Positions 60,726-64,000 of a DNA stretch of 64,000 nucleotides are shown here, one piece after another. Below the pieces are notes generated by a model that had not been told where the DNA came from, made no database searches, and saw only the letters and a program-made list of their open reading frames with translations. The stretch spans positions 4,256,001 through 4,320,000 of the forward strand of contig CBDCJO010000002.1 of assembly GCA_965217865.1 (NCBI GenBank), in the 5' to 3' direction. Each line of letters begins with the position of its first letter. Within the stretch, counting starts at the first letter, position 1. The translations under genes and the position numbers were made by a program. Source of the DNA: Candidatus Latescibacterota bacterium (GTDB lineage: Bacteria > Latescibacterota > UBA2968 > SICM01).

Positions 60726-61238
60726 ATGGCTAAGATCATATCCAAGAGAGTGACGGCCGAAATAGAAGGTAATTTCGTTGTCTTTCTAATTGGCATGCGT
60801 ATCAACAAGCTGTGGAAGATACACAAGTGGTTGCCAGTTTTTCTCGCTATGCCACGTATGTTGGGCGAATTGGAAAGGCATCCTGAAAGTGGCTTTTTGG
60901 GACATATAATGGGTCTGCCGGTTATCGTTCAATACTGGCGTTCCTTCGAGGATCTGGAGGCCTATGCACGCAGTCAAGATCATGAACACTGGCCAGCCTG
61001 GGTTGCTTTCAACAAGCGGATTGGCAATGGCCGTGGAAATGTCGGGATTTGGCATGAGACATATTTGGTTCACGAAGGCGAATATGAGACGGTATACAGC
61101 GGAATGCCCCCTATTGGCTTAGGAAAAGCAGGAAATCTGGTTGCGGCTTCTGGTCGTCGCGAGTCTGCACGTGGACGCTTGGGTGTTGATGGTTCTTCTG
61201 AGAGGCCTACGGCAACATTGTCAAAGGAAGATAGATAA
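60726..61238 (+). CDS. DUF4188 family (monooxygenase-like) protein
   Basis: [36 protein letters not shown]. Confidence 0.88.
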   Translation: MAKIISKRVTAEIEGNFVVFLIGMRINKLWKIHKWLPVFLAMPRMLGELERHPESGFLGHIMGLPVIVQYWRSFEDLEAYARSQDHEHWPAWVAFNKRIGNGRGNVGIWHETYLVHEGEYETVYSGMPPIGLGKAGNLVAASGRRESARGRLGVDGSSERPTATLSKEDR

Positions 61239-61342
61239 GATGATCTTGGTCCTGCATCTTGAAACATCAGGGGTGAAGTCGCCGCCGTTTAACTTCACCT
61301 GGTGAAGATCGACTGCGTGTGCCATTTTAGAAGGGAAAGATC

Positions 61343-62329
61343 GTGCGGATTCTGATCATCGGTGGAACGAGCTTCATCGGTCCGGCCGTTGTCGAAAGGC
61401 TGATTCAAAAGGATCACGAAATCGCCCTGTTCCACCGTGGACAAACCGAAGCGGTCCTTCCGGACAGCGTTCGCCATATCAAGGGAGACCGTCTGAAGAT
61501 TTCGAAATTCAAACGCAAGTTCAAGAAATTTCGTCCTCAGGTGGTTCTGAATATGATCTCTTACTCTGAGGGAGACGCTCGGGACTTTATGAATACTTTC
61601 AGGGGGATCGTGGAGCGAGTTGTGGTCATCAGCAGCGGAGACGTCTACCGGGCTTTCGGGATCTTACGCCGCATCGAGCAGGGACAGGTGGAACCCGTTC
61701 CCTTGACCGAAGAAGCACCCCTGCGGGATAAGCTCTATCCGTTCGGAGGGGAATACGATAAGATCCTGGTGGAGCGAGAGATCATGAATGATCCGGAACT
61801 ACCGGGGACGAGCCTGCGCCTTCCGGGGGTTTATGGACCGGGGGACTATCAGCACCGCCTCTTCCCGTATTTCAAGAGGATGAAGGATGGGCGTCCGGTC
61901 GTTTTATTGGAGGAGGGGATCGCAGGGTGGCGATGGACCCGGGGATACGTTGAAAACGTTGCAGAAGCCATCGCCATTGCCGCCATCGATGAACGGGCAA
62001 GAGGGTGCATCTATAACGTGGGGGAACCTGTGGCTTTCTCCGAAGCAGAATGGGTCCGAAAGATCGGAGACGCGGTGGGGTGGGACGGAGAGGTTGTCAC
62101 CGTGCCCAAAGATCGGATGCCTGCCCACATGACAATGGGTATCAATACGGACCAGCACATGGTCATGGACACGGCGCGGATTCGGAAGGATTTGGGTTAT
62201 GCGGAACCGGTCTCTGAGGAGGAGAGGATCTCCCGGACAATTGCCTGGGAGCTTGAGAATCCGACCGACGTGATCGATCCGAACCAGTTTGACTATGAAG
62301 CTGAAGATGAGATCCTGTCGGAAGAATAG
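61343..62329 (+). CDS. NAD-dependent epimerase/dehydratase family protein
   Basis: IIGGTSFIG, ISSGDVY, LRLPGVYGPGD. Confidence 0.9.
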   Translation: MRILIIGGTSFIGPAVVERLIQKDHEIALFHRGQTEAVLPDSVRHIKGDRLKISKFKRKFKKFRPQVVLNMISYSEGDARDFMNTFRGIVERVVVISSGDVYRAFGILRRIEQGQVEPVPLTEEAPLRDKLYPFGGEYDKILVEREIMNDPELPGTSLRLPGVYGPGDYQHRLFPYFKRMKDGRPVVLLEEGIAGWRWTRGYVENVAEAIAIAAIDERARGCIYNVGEPVAFSEAEWVRKIGDAVGWDGEVVTVPKDRMPAHMTMGINTDQHMVMDTARIRKDLGYAEPVSEEERISRTIAWELENPTDVIDPNQFDYEAEDEILSEE

Positions 62330-62417
62330 CCGTTCGGTGACAAGCATCTGAGCAGGGAAGAAACGACGGCTCGAGATTCAGAATTGTGGGCGCACCTATG
62401 AACCTCGGATCGGCAGG

Positions 62418-62705
62418 TCAATCCTCCCTCCGATCTGAGTGTCCGAGATCTTTCCCGGGAGCCACACGATCCCTGAGGCGTTGCTTTAATTCTTTGATGT
62501 CCGGAAATCTTCCAACCTCTTCCCGCGACCAGATGGTATGATCGTCTACAAGCACATCGAAGACCCCCCCTGTCGCCGGGATCAGCGCGACTTCCCCAAG
62601 CTCCGCCTCGAAGGTGGTCAAGAGCTCCTGAGCCATCCACGCGGCACGTAACAGCCAACGGCACTGTTTGCAGTAATGGATCTCAACTCGGGGTTGGTTT
62701 TTCAT
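62418..62705 (-). CDS. SelT/SelW/SelH (Rdx) family protein, Cys form
   Basis: YCKQCRWLLRAAWMAQELL..GGVF..FPDIKELKQ..LGHSD. Confidence 0.92.
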   Translation of the reverse strand: MKNQPRVEIHYCKQCRWLLRAAWMAQELLTTFEAELGEVALIPATGGVFDVLVDDHTIWSREEVGRFPDIKELKQRLRDRVAPGKDLGHSDRRED

Positions 62706-62809
62706 CCCATTCCCTACAGAAGGGGGCGGAAAATAGCCATTTTGTGGTTGAATTTCAACCATTTTCTGGCGAATTATCGCCAGAAGGCTTCCATCACAGA
62801 AGGTCCGAT

Positions 62810-62970
62810 CCCCCCTGCGAGAGACCAGGCCTCCGTTTTTGCTCCAAGCTGAAAGCTCGCATCTAGTCCTGCCGTGCTGTCTGAATTATTCACCGACCCC
62901 CAGAAGATCTGAACTCCGCCATGCACGACTCACGGCTGCCCGAGCACGTTCGCCTAGATCGCAGGTCGGG
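62810..62970 (-). ncRNA. Candidate rod-shaped structured RNA (6S-like?)
   Basis: End-to-end pairing CCTGCGA/TCGCAGG, CTAGGC/GCCTGG, GCTCGGGC/GCTTGGAGC, TGCAT/ATGCG; G-U pairs favour the minus strand. Confidence 0.4.
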
Positions 62971-63175
62971 AACAAGGTGTATACCAAACAATGGTCACCA
63001 ATCCCCTCCCGGGAGGGGTCCCCCGAAGGGGTGGGTGGGTCATATCGCGAATTCAGTGGTCGGAGGCGGAGCCTGAACATGATGGGGTCAACCATCGCTC
63101 AGCAGCGGGATGATTCGGATCTCTTCAGGTTGACGAGCGCATCAAACGGATTCAGACTTAACAGGAGATTTGTCT

Positions 63176-63574
63176 ATGGCAACGGTGAGATTGATTTCCG
63201 AAGAGGAGGCCGCGGGTCGGGTTCAGGAAATCTACGAAGACATCAAGCAAACAAAGGAGGTGGATCGCGTTCCGGACTTCTGGAAGGCCCTGGCTAACAG
63301 CCCCGGACTATTGGATCAGGTGTGGGGGGAACTGAAGGCGGTCATGGCTCCGGGAAAACTCGATCCTCTGACCAAGGAGATGGTGGCCCTTGCAGTCAGC
63401 ATCACGAACAGCTGCGATTACTGAATAAACTCCCATACCGCCGCCGTGAAGCGGCTTGGGTTGGATGACGAAGCCTACGGAGAGTTCCTTGCAGTCGTTG
63501 GGCTGTTCAACAAAACCAATAAGCTCGCAGATGGATTCCAAATCGAGCCGGATGTCCGGCCGGAGATCGATTGA
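63176..63574 (+). CDS. CMD/AhpD-family selenoprotein (CxxU)
   Basis: TKEMVALAVSITNSCDY-TGA-INSHTAAVKRLG..FNKTNKLADGFQIEPD: family pattern continues in frame past TGA 63422-63424; SECIS-like hairpin at 63432-63460. Confidence 0.88.
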
Positions 63575-63612
63575 AAACATCGAATAGGATGAAAGCGGGG
63601 ATGGACGATGGG

Positions 63613-64000
63613 CTATTTTTCAAACGCCGCATCGAAGGCCACGCCGGACGCCTGGAATTCTTTCGCTTTCAGGAAATGACACGCTTCTCTGGCACCGTGT
63701 TCCCGATCCATTCCGCTGTCCTCCCACTCGACGGAGAGGGGCCCTTTGTATCCGATCTGATTCAGTCCCCTGATGATCTCTTCAAAGTCGATGCTCCCCC
63801 TGCCGACCGACCGGAAGTCCCAGAACCTGCGGGGATCGCCGAAGTCCAGGTGACCTCCGAAGACCCCGCTTCGACGGGGAACGGATGACCAGGTGACATC
63901 CTTCATGTGTGCGTGATAGATGCGGTCGCTGAACTCCCGGAGGAACGCCACATAATCGACGCCCTGGTAGCCCAAATGGCTCGGGTCGTAATTGAACCCA
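63613..64000 (-). CDS. Sugar phosphate isomerase/epimerase (xylose-isomerase-like TIM barrel), 5' end off the window
   Basis: [28 protein letters not shown]. Confidence 0.88.
   Translation of the reverse strand, partial: GFNYDPSHLGYQGVDYVAFLREFSDRIYHAHMKDVTWSSVPRRSGVFGGHLDFGDPRRFWDFRSVGRGSIDFEEIIRGLNQIGYKGPLSVEWEDSGMDREHGAREACHFLKAKEFQASGVAFDAAFEK

Noticed and set aside
62780-63000. tRNA-Sec or SRP RNA next to the selenoprotein
   Set aside because: No cloverleaf, TCA anticodon arm or T-loop, and no SRP CAGG..GGAA..AGCAG motif.

Overview
A bacterial chromosomal segment in three parts. (1) About 1-22 kb is mostly housekeeping: nfeD-like (partial), two tandem M19 dipeptidases, an intact IS3, LOG, a family-B DNA polymerase, prmA-rsmE-HIT-aroQ, an SH3/TPR membrane protein, a DUF2225-like gene missed by the ORF track, an exonuclease/GIY-YIG fusion, an MBL hydrolase, two phosphohexomutases, a SAM hydrolase and radC. 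(2) About 23-35.4 kb is a minus-strand signalling cluster: solute-binding proteins, a hybrid histidine kinase, response regulators, a FapA/DUF342 protein, a REC-adenylate cyclase, a DHp-REC protein without a kinase domain, and a NarL-type regulator. It also holds a broken IS1595 and a candidate sRNA. (3) About 38.5-61.3 kb looks like an integron-type cassette array with no integrase in the window. It has four well-formed attC sites and several decayed ones, co-oriented small genes (GNATs, VOC, methyltransferases, APH-like, PHP, PhyH, ankyrin), a SIR2-domain cassette, an ORF-less cassette that folds into a large structure, an intact IS1595 carrying a Panacea/SocA antitoxin plus a membrane protein, and an IS5/IS1182-type element. 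The window ends with an Rdx (SelW-like) gene, a rod-shaped ncRNA candidate and a CMD/AhpD selenoprotein (CxxU with a SECIS-like hairpin). Several single-base frameshifts look like sequencing artefacts. All family calls come from motif recognition by eye; no database searches were run.
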